This document shows positions 19,336-28,940 of a DNA stretch of 64,000 bases, piece by piece; position 1 is the stretch's first letter; the number at the start of each line of letters is the position of its first letter. Below the pieces are notes generated by a model, which was not told the DNA's origin, did no database searches, and saw only the letters and a program-made list of their open reading frames with translations. Both the position numbers and the translations under genes were made by a program. Origin of the DNA: Candidatus Latescibacterota bacterium (GTDB lineage Bacteria; Latescibacterota; UBA2968); NCBI GenBank assembly GCA_965208125.1, contig OZ242320.1:3776001-3840000 (forward strand). Reading direction: 5' to 3'.

Positions 19336-19743
19336 CTATAAAATCCATTGTCTGATTTTACCGTTTTCTCTGTGTTTCGCATACCACAATAATAGAATTA
19401 TGATTGCGACACCTGTGCCATCCCATACGACATCGGTCCAGACGCCAGTGCGATTGGGTACAAAGGATTGATGGTATTCGTCCAATATCGCATAGAGAAT
19501 GGATATCAGGACGCTCCACAATACACAGGAGGTAAATCGGTTTTTTGTCCATAAAGAACGGAAACACAAATAGGTCAGAATAGCGTATTCTGCTATGTGC
19601 GCGAATTTGCGCACTGCATGGTGTATTCGTTCACTAAAAAAGAAAATTTTTTGTGTGTTCTCGAACGATAGCAGGCCACTTGATCCAACAAAAATTAAGA
19701 GTAGCCAGATAAATAGGGCGATGCGCCAATGCGTTGTTGTCAT
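19336..19743 (-). CDS. VanZ family membrane protein
   Basis: RKFAHIAEYAIL...YAILDEYHQSFVPNRTG...D. Confidence 0.85.
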   Translation of the reverse strand: MTTTHWRIALFIWLLLIFVGSSGLLSFENTQKIFFFSERIHHAVRKFAHIAEYAILTYLCFRSLWTKNRFTSCVLWSVLISILYAILDEYHQSFVPNRTGVWTDVVWDGTGVAIIILLLWYAKHRENGKIRQWIL

Positions 19744-19755
19744 GAGTTTTCCACC

Positions 19756-20496
19756 CTACTGTACAGTTTTGAGGGCTTGTATCGCGTCGTCGGTTGCGTC
19801 TATGACATGAGTACTCGCGGGTACGATAAATTCAAACCATTTGTTTTTCAATTCTGGATTGATACTCAAATTGTGAAAGGTCTGCGTAATGATCTCATTG
19901 TCTTCGGCATCAAAAAAGCCAACCCGGCGCAACAGACCATCTTCGGGATTGATGAGCAATTGTGCTTTGACAGGGGGGGTAGGTAGTTGTGCGTGCAAGA
20001 GATTAGCTCTGGGTTTGGCTTCAAAGACGCGGTGGGGGCGTTCTTCAAATATTTCGTCTGCGGTATAGCGAATGCTGGTCCATTCCAGACCTCTAAAGGG
20101 ACGCAAGGGATCGGCCTGGTCCGCATCGGCTTCGAGGTTGGTAATGCGATAGACGCGCCCCAGGTTCACTTTGGTGACGATTTTTTCTTCGCGGTCATAG
20201 GTCCACATCAGGCCGCCATCCGACAGGCGCTGTGAAATGATCACTTGATCTTGCACGGTGTCGAGACGCATCAGATTGGGGCGCTTAAAGGTTGCGCTGG
20301 CATTGAGCGTTAGTTCCTGATCCATAACGCGAATGACGGTCGTCTGTTCGGCCTTACAGGTAGCGATTTCTCTGGCATTTTTTTGAATTTCAACCATTAT
20401 TTCATCGGTTTTCCCATCCCCTGTTGACATTTTGTTTTCATTTTCCGCGCTGACCTGAGCTGTGAGGATCAGCATTGCGATCATCCAGCGTTTCAT
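19756..20496 (-). CDS. LolA-like outer membrane lipoprotein carrier protein
   Basis: Signal peptide; FKRPNLMR, SDGGLMWTYD, C-terminal F.F..P....VID pattern. Confidence 0.65.
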   Translation of the reverse strand: MKRWMIAMLILTAQVSAENENKMSTGDGKTDEIMVEIQKNAREIATCKAEQTTVIRVMDQELTLNASATFKRPNLMRLDTVQDQVIISQRLSDGGLMWTYDREEKIVTKVNLGRVYRITNLEADADQADPLRPFRGLEWTSIRYTADEIFEERPHRVFEAKPRANLLHAQLPTPPVKAQLLINPEDGLLRRVGFFDAEDNEIITQTFHNLSINPELKNKWFEFIVPASTHVIDATDDAIQALKTVQ

Positions 20497-20508
20497 AACG
20501 TGCTCCTT

Positions 20509-21105
20509 ATGAGAAATTTTATTCTTCGCGCTCGCAAAGGTCCGACCACACCCGATTTTTCACTGGATGACCTGCGCCGAGTTGGACGATTAGAGATTGT
20601 GGCGCATTGTTTGGCTAACGCGCTTTTTTATTCTCAAAATATACGAACCAATACTGTTGTACATCTCGTCTTTGATGGGCCTTCAGATCCGCCGAAAATC
20701 GTGCGTTTTGAAAGCGATCATTTACCTTATTTGGGTGGGTTTGATGAACGCACACTGGCAGGGGCTGTGCAAAAAGCACTATCTGCTGGCAAGGGTTTGT
20801 CTCTGGGCGAAGAGCGGCAGGTTGAGGACGGTCTTTTTGTGGCGAAAAAGGGATTTGAACGCGTTGTGCAAGATCGCACGGAATCGCTCTATGTACTCGA
20901 GCGCAGAGGTGCTGATATTCGCACGGTGACATTTCCCCAGGATGTAACTTTTGTCTTTTCAGACCACCTTACAATGCCAAAAAAAACGGCTAAGTATTTG
21001 CGCCGTCTCGGTGCTAAACCAATTTGCGTGGGGCCCCGGATGTTGTTTGCCTCTCAGTGTATTGTACTGCTACACAATGAATTGGATCGGCAAGATATTT
21101 GGTAA
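20509..21105 (+). CDS. trmY: tRNA (pseudouridine54-N1)-methyltransferase, SPOUT family
   Basis: MRNFILRARKGPT...GRLEIVAHC...GGFDER...FVFSDHL...VGPRMLFASQCIVLLHNELDR. Confidence 0.85.
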   Translation: MRNFILRARKGPTTPDFSLDDLRRVGRLEIVAHCLANALFYSQNIRTNTVVHLVFDGPSDPPKIVRFESDHLPYLGGFDERTLAGAVQKALSAGKGLSLGEERQVEDGLFVAKKGFERVVQDRTESLYVLERRGADIRTVTFPQDVTFVFSDHLTMPKKTAKYLRRLGAKPICVGPRMLFASQCIVLLHNELDRQDIW

Positions 21106-21111
21106 AGTGAT

Positions 21112-21609
21112 TTACTGAAAGAGTTTGAATGTCGCGCCGATGTGTCCGGAAAATCCACTGATGACATCGTTTTGATCTTCGACAAATTTGATCTTGGCAA
21201 ATAGCCCGAGTTTTTCACCTATTGGAAATTTGTATCCCAATTCCCCACCTATAAAACGCTCAGAAGCACCATCGGATAATACAATTCCAATACTCGGTCC
21301 CAAAAAAAGCTTGTGGGATTCAAAGTCGCGCATGCCAATCGCATAGTTGAGACTCAGGCCCAGGGTCTGCATCATTGGGCTGGCAAAACTTATGTCGTAA
21401 AACGGCGCAAATATGAATGGTCCAGGCAGGTTGAGATGGACAGAGGCGTGCAGAGCGATCCCTCCGGCTGATTCAAAACGCGGGCGAATACTGTCGTTCC
21501 ACATAAAGCCTCCACCTATGTTTACGCCGTCGATAAATGCCGCATCGGCAGTACCTATACCAGAAAACAACACACATAGCACGAGACAAACACTTTTTAG
21601 AATCTTCAT
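21112..21609 (-). CDS. small outer membrane beta-barrel protein
   Basis: Signal peptide, alternating strands, C-terminal GATFKLFQ; AAGGAG RBS. Confidence 0.6.
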   Translation of the reverse strand: MKILKSVCLVLCVLFSGIGTADAAFIDGVNIGGGFMWNDSIRPRFESAGGIALHASVHLNLPGPFIFAPFYDISFASPMMQTLGLSLNYAIGMRDFESHKLFLGPSIGIVLSDGASERFIGGELGYKFPIGEKLGLFAKIKFVEDQNDVISGFSGHIGATFKLFQ

Positions 21610-21637
21610 AAAATCTCCTTTAAAGTTTGATTCCAGA

Positions 21638-22702
21638 TCACACGTATCGCTCGTCCAATGCTGCGACCACATTTTTTACGCGCTGAGAGCCATCGCGGGG
21701 TACAATAAGCAGGGCATCGCCCGTATCGACTACGATTAAATTCTCGACATCGACCAGCGCAATTATTTTGTCTTTGCCGCCATAAACTGTTGTGTTTTTC
21801 GCATTGAGCGATAGCACATCGCCGCGTAGTAAATTGCCATTTTCATCTACGGGCAAGACATCCGTCAAAGCTCCCCACGCGCCGATATCGCTCCATTCAA
21901 TATCGGCTTGTAGGGTCGCAATATCCGACGCGCGTTCGATAATCGCATGATCAATGGCGATGTTTTTCATCTGGGGATAGACCTGGGCAATGACGTCTGC
22001 TTCTCGTCCCACTTTAGCAGCGGTGCCAATTCGTTCGAGCAGGGCATACATCTCGGGTTCAAATTTTGCAAAAAGATCCAGTATTGTTCTGGCTTTCCAC
22101 ACAAACATATTGCTATTCCACAGATATTGCCCGCTCTCCAGATATGTTTTTACTGCTTCCGCATCGGGTTTTTCTGTGAATGACTCTACGGCATAAATCG
22201 GCTCGTTGTTTACTTTTACAATCACATTGCCCTTTTGTATATAGCCAAAGCCCGTGTCTGCGCGCGTTGGTTTTACACCGAGTACAAACAGGGTTTCTGG
22301 GCGATCCTCCAGCGCGTCGGCTGCTACTTTGAGCAATCGACAAAATTCCTCTGGTTTGCCAATGTGGTGATCAGAACCCAGACTCGCAATTGTACATCCG
22401 GGAAAACGAGCTTCCAACAAGGCGCATTCAAGCCCCACCGCAGGCCCTGTGTTGCGGAGTGCTGGTTCTAAAATCGCATTTTCAGGAGGTAATTCGGGCA
22501 ATTGTTCTCGAACGCTATGCAATAGTTTTACGCCGGTGGATACAAAAAGATCATCCATTTTAGCCAGCGAATTGAGGCGATTTACCGCCTCTTGCAACAT
22601 CGTGTATTCACCTGTTAAAGCGTGAAATTGTTTGGGCCTGTTTTTGCGACTCAAAGGCCATAGCCGCGTGCCAACACCACCCGCGCGAATGACAAATTTC
22701 AT
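21638..22702 (-). CDS. manC: mannose-1-phosphate guanylyltransferase
   Basis: AGGVGTRLWPLSRKNRPKQF, EPALRNTGPA, FTEKPD, WNSNMF, WSDIGAW. Confidence 0.85.
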   Translation of the reverse strand: MKFVIRAGGVGTRLWPLSRKNRPKQFHALTGEYTMLQEAVNRLNSLAKMDDLFVSTGVKLLHSVREQLPELPPENAILEPALRNTGPAVGLECALLEARFPGCTIASLGSDHHIGKPEEFCRLLKVAADALEDRPETLFVLGVKPTRADTGFGYIQKGNVIVKVNNEPIYAVESFTEKPDAEAVKTYLESGQYLWNSNMFVWKARTILDLFAKFEPEMYALLERIGTAAKVGREADVIAQVYPQMKNIAIDHAIIERASDIATLQADIEWSDIGAWGALTDVLPVDENGNLLRGDVLSLNAKNTTVYGGKDKIIALVDVENLIVVDTGDALLIVPRDGSQRVKNVVAALDERYV

Positions 22703-22857
22703 GTCCCGTATCCAGATATTACAAAACAAAAAGTAATGTCTCTTGCCAGAGGGCACAACCGAAACCTTGCAGCAAAGGCCGTCTTTTTATATCTTTATCC
22801 AAATCCGGATGCAACATCCCCCAGGGGTTTGCTACCCCGTAACAGGAGCTGACTCTT

Positions 22858-23907
22858 ATGGCACTGACTGCCACTACTTTGGAAGAGACCTATCAACAGA
22901 TGTCTGAACGATTAGAAGGCATTGTGCCCGATATCGAATTGCGCTACAAAGCCGAATTGGCCTACGAAATTAATAAGCTCAAAAAAGAACGCGGGGCCAT
23001 TATCCTCGGGCATAACTACATGGAGCCTGCACTTTATCACTCTGTGCCAGATGTCGTGGGTGATTCGCTCGAGTTATCGCGTAAAGCCGCAGAAACAGAC
23101 GCCGATCCCATTGTTTTTTGCGGCGTGCGCTTTATGGCCGAGACCGCAAAAATCCTCAATCCCGACAAAACCGTACTCTTGCCTGCGCGCGTTGCGGGCT
23201 GTTCACTGGCTGCGAGCATTACCGCAGAAGATGTTCGCAATCTGCGCGAACAATATCCAGGCGTTCCCGTTGTCACGTATATCAATACCTATGCCGATGT
23301 CAAAGCCGAGTGCGATATTTGCTGCACATCGGGCAATGCCCACAAGGTTGTTGAATCGCTTAATTCGGATACCATTATCTTTTTGCCCGACGAATACTTA
23401 GCCGCCAATGTAGCGCAAGAGACTGACAAACGCATTATTTTTCCCACAGTAACAGGATTTTCCGATCCCAAACCCGGTCTTGAATATGAAATGATCGGCT
23501 GGCATGGTCGGTGTGAAGTACACGAGCAATTTACGGTTCAGGATATTGAAAATGTGCGCGAGCAGTTTCCAGATGTCGTTGTTCTTTCCCACCCGGAATG
23601 CAGCCCGGAAGTGGTTGCTGCGTCCGATTTTTCGGGCAGTACCTCTCGCATGGTTGATTATGTGCGCGACATGGATGCCGAGCGCTATTTGCTGCTCACA
23701 GAATGTAGCATGGGCGACAATATCGCTGCGGAAAACCCGGATAAGGAAATGGTTGGTCTGTGCAGCATTCGCTGTCCACATATGAATGAAATTACACTTG
23801 AAGACACGCTCAATGCACTTGAGTTCAACGAGCAAATCATCGAAGTGCCCGAGGATATCCGCGTGCGAGCATTAAAGGCTGTGGAACGCATGCTGGAAAT
23901 TGTATGA
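22858..23907 (+). CDS. nadA: quinolinate synthase
   Basis: GHNYM, FCGVRFMAETAKILNP, GCSLA, CEVH, HPEC, CPHM. Confidence 0.95.
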   Translation: MALTATTLEETYQQMSERLEGIVPDIELRYKAELAYEINKLKKERGAIILGHNYMEPALYHSVPDVVGDSLELSRKAAETDADPIVFCGVRFMAETAKILNPDKTVLLPARVAGCSLAASITAEDVRNLREQYPGVPVVTYINTYADVKAECDICCTSGNAHKVVESLNSDTIIFLPDEYLAANVAQETDKRIIFPTVTGFSDPKPGLEYEMIGWHGRCEVHEQFTVQDIENVREQFPDVVVLSHPECSPEVVAASDFSGSTSRMVDYVRDMDAERYLLLTECSMGDNIAAENPDKEMVGLCSIRCPHMNEITLEDTLNALEFNEQIIEVPEDIRVRALKAVERMLEIV

Positions 23908-23936
23908 CCGCTTAAAAAATACAGTTACGCGATACC

Positions 23937-23964
23937 AAAGGCCCGATACATTCCGGGCCTTTTT
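23937..23964. terminator. intrinsic terminator after nadA
   Basis: AAAGGCCCG-ATACATTC-CGGGCCTTTTT. Confidence 0.7.
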
Positions 23965-24009
23965 CGATATTGAACATTAGACCTGTGTGTTTTTGATCAA
24001 CGACTAATC

Positions 24010-25341
24010 TCACTCGCCATCGTAAATTTCTGTTTGAAACAGGTTATTTTGAAAATCGAGGTACTGCTCTTTTGTCATCTCTGGCTTGTAATTTGCAAGG
24101 ACGGCTTTTGCTTCTGCCGCGCGGTCGTGTAGTAGATCCACTGCCATCATAGCCAGTGATTTTGCCGGTTCCACATATCCCATCTCTTTATCGGAAATAT
24201 GCCACTCGACGCTGTGTCCGGGTCCTGTAGCACCCGACATATAGGGATGAATCGCGGGCATAATGCAGGATATATCGCCCATATCAGTTGAGCCGGTTCT
24301 GTGGCCAACTGTGCAAAACTCATCTTCTCCAAAACGCGCTCTGGCATTTTTTCCATAGAGTGCCTGCAAATCCGCATTGTTTTTTAATGGCATATATCCC
24401 GGTAGCGTTTCTATTTCTACTGTTGCGCCAAGTGCCATTGCGCCAGCTCGAAGTGCGCGATCTACTTTCATACTGGCATCGAGAATTGCTTCTGCCGTAC
24501 GCCCTCGAACATAAGTTTCCATGCAAACTTCATCGGGTATGACATTGACCAACTCTCCACCTTTGGTGATGATGGGATGCACCCGAACTGCATCGTGATC
24601 CTGGAATGTTTCACGCTGCGCATTGATGGCACTCAGAGCAACTTGAGCGGCATTCAGGGCATTGATGCCCCGGTGGGGCGCGCCTCCCGCGTGTGCGGCT
24701 TTGCCCACAAACCGAATCATCTTTGCCACAAATCCATTAGATGAGGCGGAAACCGCGGCTTTGGTCAATGATTCATCGCTATGTGTATGAATCATAACTG
24801 CCATATCGATATCGTCAAAATGCCCGTGCTTGATCAATTCGGGTTTGCCACCCAAAAAGCTCAGTTTCCCAGACTTTACCAGATTTAAACGATATTCAAC
24901 TTCTACAAATTCCTCTGCTGGCACGGCAAAAAAGACGATCCGGCCCGCCAAATCGTCAATTACGCGAGCATCTACCATGCCCATCATTGCTCCCATTAAT
25001 CCCGCGATCTGTGCATTGTGACCACAAGCATGTGCGGCGCCCGTATCGGGATTGGCATTGGGATGGCCAGAGACCACGAGCGAGTCGAGTTCGCCAATTA
25101 GTGCAATAGTTGGGCCAGGCTTGCTTCCCTGTAATACGCCCTTTACACCTGTAATCGCCAACTCGGTTTCACACGGCACGCCAAACTCATCCATTGTTTG
25201 CGATACCAGCTTTGCTGTCTCAAATTCCTTAAATCCCAATTCGGGATTCACCATAATGTGATCGCCAATGCGACAAATTTGATCTCGACGTCGATCAATG
25301 GCTTCACAAACGCGTTTCTTGAGTTCGGTTTTTGTAGACAT
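24010..25341 (-). CDS. M20 family amidohydrolase (AbgB/ACY1L2-like)
   Basis: PELGFKEF, HACGHN, PAEE, AAHAGGAPHRGINAL, GSTDMGD. Confidence 0.85.
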   Translation of the reverse strand: MSTKTELKKRVCEAIDRRRDQICRIGDHIMVNPELGFKEFETAKLVSQTMDEFGVPCETELAITGVKGVLQGSKPGPTIALIGELDSLVVSGHPNANPDTGAAHACGHNAQIAGLMGAMMGMVDARVIDDLAGRIVFFAVPAEEFVEVEYRLNLVKSGKLSFLGGKPELIKHGHFDDIDMAVMIHTHSDESLTKAAVSASSNGFVAKMIRFVGKAAHAGGAPHRGINALNAAQVALSAINAQRETFQDHDAVRVHPIITKGGELVNVIPDEVCMETYVRGRTAEAILDASMKVDRALRAGAMALGATVEIETLPGYMPLKNNADLQALYGKNARARFGEDEFCTVGHRTGSTDMGDISCIMPAIHPYMSGATGPGHSVEWHISDKEMGYVEPAKSLAMMAVDLLHDRAAEAKAVLANYKPEMTKEQYLDFQNNLFQTEIYDGE

Positions 25342-25359
25342 GTTTCCTCCGTTTACTTC

Positions 25360-26403
25360 TCACCTGATTTTTAATAATAATATCAGCAAAAGAGGTGTTA
25401 CAATGGCTTGTAAGAGCGTAAATCTGACCAGCACCTGTGTATTAGACCAACCCCATTTTTGACGGACGTGATCGTGCAGGGGGTAACGCACCTGTTTGAA
25501 AATGCCGATTTTAAAAAAACGCAACAAAGCGACTTTCAGAAGGCCTGTTGCGCCATTGACCAGTACCACCCCGGCAACTACGATAATCAAAAACGGATTG
25601 CCACACGCCAGGACCAGCATACCGAGTAATAAGCCCAGAGGACGAGATCCGGCATCACCCATCAATACGGCACTTGGATTGGCATTGTGCCACAAATAGC
25701 CCACCAAACACCCGGTCATGACGAAAGCCATTACAGCCCAATTGGCTCCTTCGTTATAGTGTGGCACAAGCAGGTATTGAGCGATATCCCGATGTCCCAC
25801 AATGCCGTACAGTGCGCCACCTAAAAAAATAAATGCCAGCATGCACAAACTGCCCGATAGGCCATCTACGCCGTCTGTACAATTTGTGGCGTTAATAGTC
25901 ATCCACAACAGGCATGTAGCGATAGGGATATAAATCCAGGGTGGGACAATAACCGGTGTCTTAATGAGCGGCAGCCACACTTCAACCGATGCCATCTGGC
26001 ACACTACCATAGCACCCAAAATAGATATGACCAGATCGAATAAGCCCATGCGGTATTCACTCCACTCATAGCGGTCATCGAGAAACCCCACCAGCATCGC
26101 CAAAAACAAGCATCCCAATGCGGCCAGATAGCGCATTCCAAGCGGCACAAATAAAAATCCAACTACAATAAAAATGGAAATGAAAATAATACCAGCTCCT
26201 ACAGGCTTGCCCTTATTTTGGGCGGCGCCAACAGCATGAGCTCGCCCTTGATCGCGCGGTAACTGGTGCCACAATGTGGGCAAAATTCTCCAGGTTAATA
26301 CGCAGGCGAGCGCGGTACCTGCACCAGCTAAAAATAGATGAGAAGTAAAGAGGCGAAATGGCCCATAGACATCCAAAAGTTGCTCCCCCAGCCAGTAGAG
26401 CAC
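25360..26403 (-). CDS. mraY: phospho-N-acetylmuramoyl-pentapeptide transferase
   Basis: About 10 TM; GFLDD, NATNCTDGVDGL, LWHNANPSAVLMGDAGS, PLHDH. Confidence 0.8.
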   Translation of the reverse strand: MLYWLGEQLLDVYGPFRLFTSHLFLAGAGTALACVLTWRILPTLWHQLPRDQGRAHAVGAAQNKGKPVGAGIIFISIFIVVGFLFVPLGMRYLAALGCLFLAMLVGFLDDRYEWSEYRMGLFDLVISILGAMVVCQMASVEVWLPLIKTPVIVPPWIYIPIATCLLWMTINATNCTDGVDGLSGSLCMLAFIFLGGALYGIVGHRDIAQYLLVPHYNEGANWAVMAFVMTGCLVGYLWHNANPSAVLMGDAGSRPLGLLLGMLVLACGNPFLIIVVAGVVLVNGATGLLKVALLRFFKIGIFKQVRYPLHDHVRQKWGWSNTQVLVRFTLLQAIVTPLLLILLLKIR

Positions 26404-26541
26404 AGTGCAATCTCCCGTGTGATATGATTTGAAAAATGAAACAAATCACTCCAATGTAAGGTCTCTATGATTAAAGGGCAAGTCTGAACTCGCTGTCAAT
26501 CCTTTTACGGGTGGTTGTTTACTTATTTTTAAAGAAAATCC

Positions 26542-26570
26542 TTGACGCGAAAATAGAGACTTTCTATTTT
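26542..26570 (+). promoter_or_regulatory. sigma-70 promoter of the his leader
   Basis: TTGACG-N17-TATTTT ending 9 nt before the leader ATG. Confidence 0.55.
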
Positions 26571-26579
26571 GTACCTATT

Positions 26580-26729
26580 ATGAACGCACTGATCAACAAC
26601 CCGGTTATTTTTTCAAATCCAAACACAGTTTTGGCCGGGGATGCGTTTGCCCACACCGCCCATCATCACACGCATCAGGCTACGTCTGCGACCTTTTGCA
26701 AGATGCGCTCGGCGGTGGATATGTCATAA
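26580..26729 (+). CDS. hisL: histidine attenuator leader peptide
   Basis: 49 aa ORF containing HTAHHHTH, followed by a terminator directly upstream of hisI. Confidence 0.75.
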   Translation: MNALINNPVIFSNPNTVLAGDAFAHTAHHHTHQATSATFCKMRSAVDMS

Positions 26730-26751
26730 CAGTTTGTCCAGTGAAATAAAT

Positions 26752-26786
26752 AAGCCCGCTGTCGAGAGACAGGGGGCTTTTTTTTT
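26752..26786 (+). terminator. his attenuator terminator
   Basis: AAGCCCGCTGTC-GAGA-GACAGGGGGCTT followed by a T run. Confidence 0.85.
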
Positions 26787-26799
26787 ACGGAGAGTTAAA

Positions 26800-27228
26800 A
26801 TGGCTATTGATTATGCACTCGAAGAAAGCACAGAACTTCATCTCGATTTTGAAAAGCTTCGAAAAGTTGCACAGACCGATCATCTCGTCATTCCCGTTGC
26901 TGTGCAGGATGTGGATAGCAAAGCCGTTCTCTTGATCGGCTATGTCAATGAACAGGCGCTTGATTATGCGCTTGAACACCGCGTGGCGACTTTTTGGAGT
27001 ACTTCGCGCAATGAACTCTGGATTAAAGGGGCTACGTCTGGCGATATGCTCGAACTGGTCGATGTGCGCATTAACTGCGAGCAAAATTCATTGCTCTATC
27101 TCGTGCACCTCAAAGGCGATGGATCGTGTCATACAAAAGAAAATGGTCGGGCGCGGTACGGCTGTTATTACCGCAGTATCGATAATGGAAAATTGATATT
27201 TGTAAATCCTAAAACCATACCAGAGTGA
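26800..27228 (+). CDS. hisI: phosphoribosyl-AMP cyclohydrolase
   Basis: IPVAVQD, FWSTSRNELWIKGATSG, NCEQNSLL, SCH, CYYR. Confidence 0.9.
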   Translation: MAIDYALEESTELHLDFEKLRKVAQTDHLVIPVAVQDVDSKAVLLIGYVNEQALDYALEHRVATFWSTSRNELWIKGATSGDMLELVDVRINCEQNSLLYLVHLKGDGSCHTKENGRARYGCYYRSIDNGKLIFVNPKTIPE

Positions 27229-27234
27229 TGAGTT

Positions 27235-27735
27235 ATGTCATCAAAAATCGTTACCCGAATCCGGTCAGATCAATGGCAGATTCTCAAAAACGTGCGTCTG
27301 CGCGCGCTTGAAGAAGCGCCTTATGCTTTTGGTACAACGCTGGCAGGAGGAAAGAAAAGAACTGACAGAGACTGGCAGGATATGGCGAGAGACCATGCTA
27401 CTCTGTCGGATCGCGCATATTTCATGGCTTATGTGGGGGATAATCCCTGTGGAATGGCGGGGTGTTATCGCACCACATCAGATACAGTAGTGCTCACAGC
27501 GATGTGGGTCGCACCCGAATTTCGGGGACAAAAGATCGGTGGGCAGATTGTGCGTGCCGTCATAGAATGGGCACGAGAGGGTGGGGCCACCACGCTTGAA
27601 GCCTGGGTCAGCGAAGATAATCCAGCGCGTTTTTTTTATCAAAAAATCGGATTTGAAGAGACCTGTTTAACCGAACCGCTTCGCTCAGATTCCAAAATTC
27701 AGATCATTTTGATCAGGCGCAATATTGTACCCTGA
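27235..27735 (+). CDS. GNAT family N-acetyltransferase
   Basis: MWVAPEFRGQKIG, NPARFFYQKIGF. Confidence 0.9.
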   Translation: MSSKIVTRIRSDQWQILKNVRLRALEEAPYAFGTTLAGGKKRTDRDWQDMARDHATLSDRAYFMAYVGDNPCGMAGCYRTTSDTVVLTAMWVAPEFRGQKIGGQIVRAVIEWAREGGATTLEAWVSEDNPARFFYQKIGFEETCLTEPLRSDSKIQIILIRRNIVP

Positions 27736-27853
27736 AATCCGGGTTGATTCGCAATCTTCTCAATACTATATTGCCCACATGATACATGGTGTACAAATGC
27801 GGCAGCAATTCATTCGGGCAAATCAGGGCACCCGACGACAGGAGGGAGAAAAC

Positions 27854-28828
27854 GTGGGTTACGATCTCAAAGTTTTTTCGGGCAATACCAATCGGCCATT
27901 GGCGGAAGATATCTGCAATATTCTCGACACGCGGCTTGCCGAAGCCACTGTGAGCCGTTTTTCCGGCGGTGAAACACATGTGCAAATTGATGAAAACGTG
28001 CGTGGGTGCGATGTTTTTATTGTTCAACCTCTTTGTGCAAATGAAGAAGAAGGCATTTCGCCTAATGATGCTTTGATGGAACTTCTCATCTTGATTGATG
28101 CTGCGCGACGCGCCTCTGCCCGACGCATTACAGCGGTTGTGCCCTATTATGGCTATGCGCGGCAGGATCGCAAAGACCGTCCCCGCGTGCCCATCACAGC
28201 CAAACTGGTCGCCAATATGATTTATACAGCGGGAGCGCGGCGGGTTTTAACTCTGGACCTGCACGCCAATCAGATCCAGGGTTTCTTCGACATACCGGTT
28301 GACCATCTCTACTCCATTAATATTTTAGGCGAATACTTCAAAATGAAAAATCTCAAAAATCTCGTTGTTATAGCACCCGATGTCGGAGGCATAAAAATGG
28401 CGCGCGCTTATGCCGAACTGCTCGGTGCGCCGTTGGCTATTGTAGATAAACGCCGCTGGAGTGGTCAAAAAACCGAAGTTCTTAACGTCATTGGCGAAGT
28501 GAAAGACAAAAATATCGTCATTGTTGACGATATTATCTCTACGGGTAGTTCCCTCATTGAAGCAGCCTCTGCCTTAAAAGAAAAAGGCGCACGCGATATA
28601 TGCGCTACCATTGTCCATCCGGTGTTGGCAGATCCCGCCGTTGAGCGCGTGCAAGATTCCGTTCTTACAGAGCTTGTCGTTTCCAATTCCATTCCCGTGC
28701 CCAAACGCGCCCAAAATGGCAAAATCAAAATTCTATCAGTTGCCCCTATTCTCGCCGAATCTATCCGCCGCATTAATAACGATGAATCCGTCAGTAATCT
28801 CTTTGCCAATGCAAAGGTTGAAGGGTGA
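27854..28828 (+). CDS. prs: ribose-phosphate pyrophosphokinase
   Basis: GTG start after GGAGG; PYYGYARQDRK, DLHANQIQGFF, PDVGG, VDDIISTG. Confidence 0.95.
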   Translation: MGYDLKVFSGNTNRPLAEDICNILDTRLAEATVSRFSGGETHVQIDENVRGCDVFIVQPLCANEEEGISPNDALMELLILIDAARRASARRITAVVPYYGYARQDRKDRPRVPITAKLVANMIYTAGARRVLTLDLHANQIQGFFDIPVDHLYSINILGEYFKMKNLKNLVVIAPDVGGIKMARAYAELLGAPLAIVDKRRWSGQKTEVLNVIGEVKDKNIVIVDDIISTGSSLIEAASALKEKGARDICATIVHPVLADPAVERVQDSVLTELVVSNSIPVPKRAQNGKIKILSVAPILAESIRRINNDESVSNLFANAKVEG

Positions 28829-28865
28829 TATACGCGAGATGTGAAAGGGTTTGATTTATAAAAAT

Positions 28866-28897
28866 AAAAACCGACCTGATGATGAGGTCGGTTTTTT
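28866..28897. terminator. bidirectional terminator
   Basis: AAAAACCGACCT-GATGATG-AGGTCGGTTTTTT. Confidence 0.8.
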
Positions 28898-28940
28898 GAT
28901 TTTTCACATCGTTATAGGCGTACACTAAAAATGGTGGGAC

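Noticed and set aside
22805-22850. Canonical NAD+-I riboswitch call
   Set aside because: Only a short loop-like match; enclosing helices and tandem architecture not seen, so kept as a low-score finding only
27226-27231. TGA at the end of hisI in frame with the GNAT gene (possible readthrough fusion)
   Set aside because: Two consecutive TGA codons, HisI domain already complete, no SECIS-like hairpin noticed
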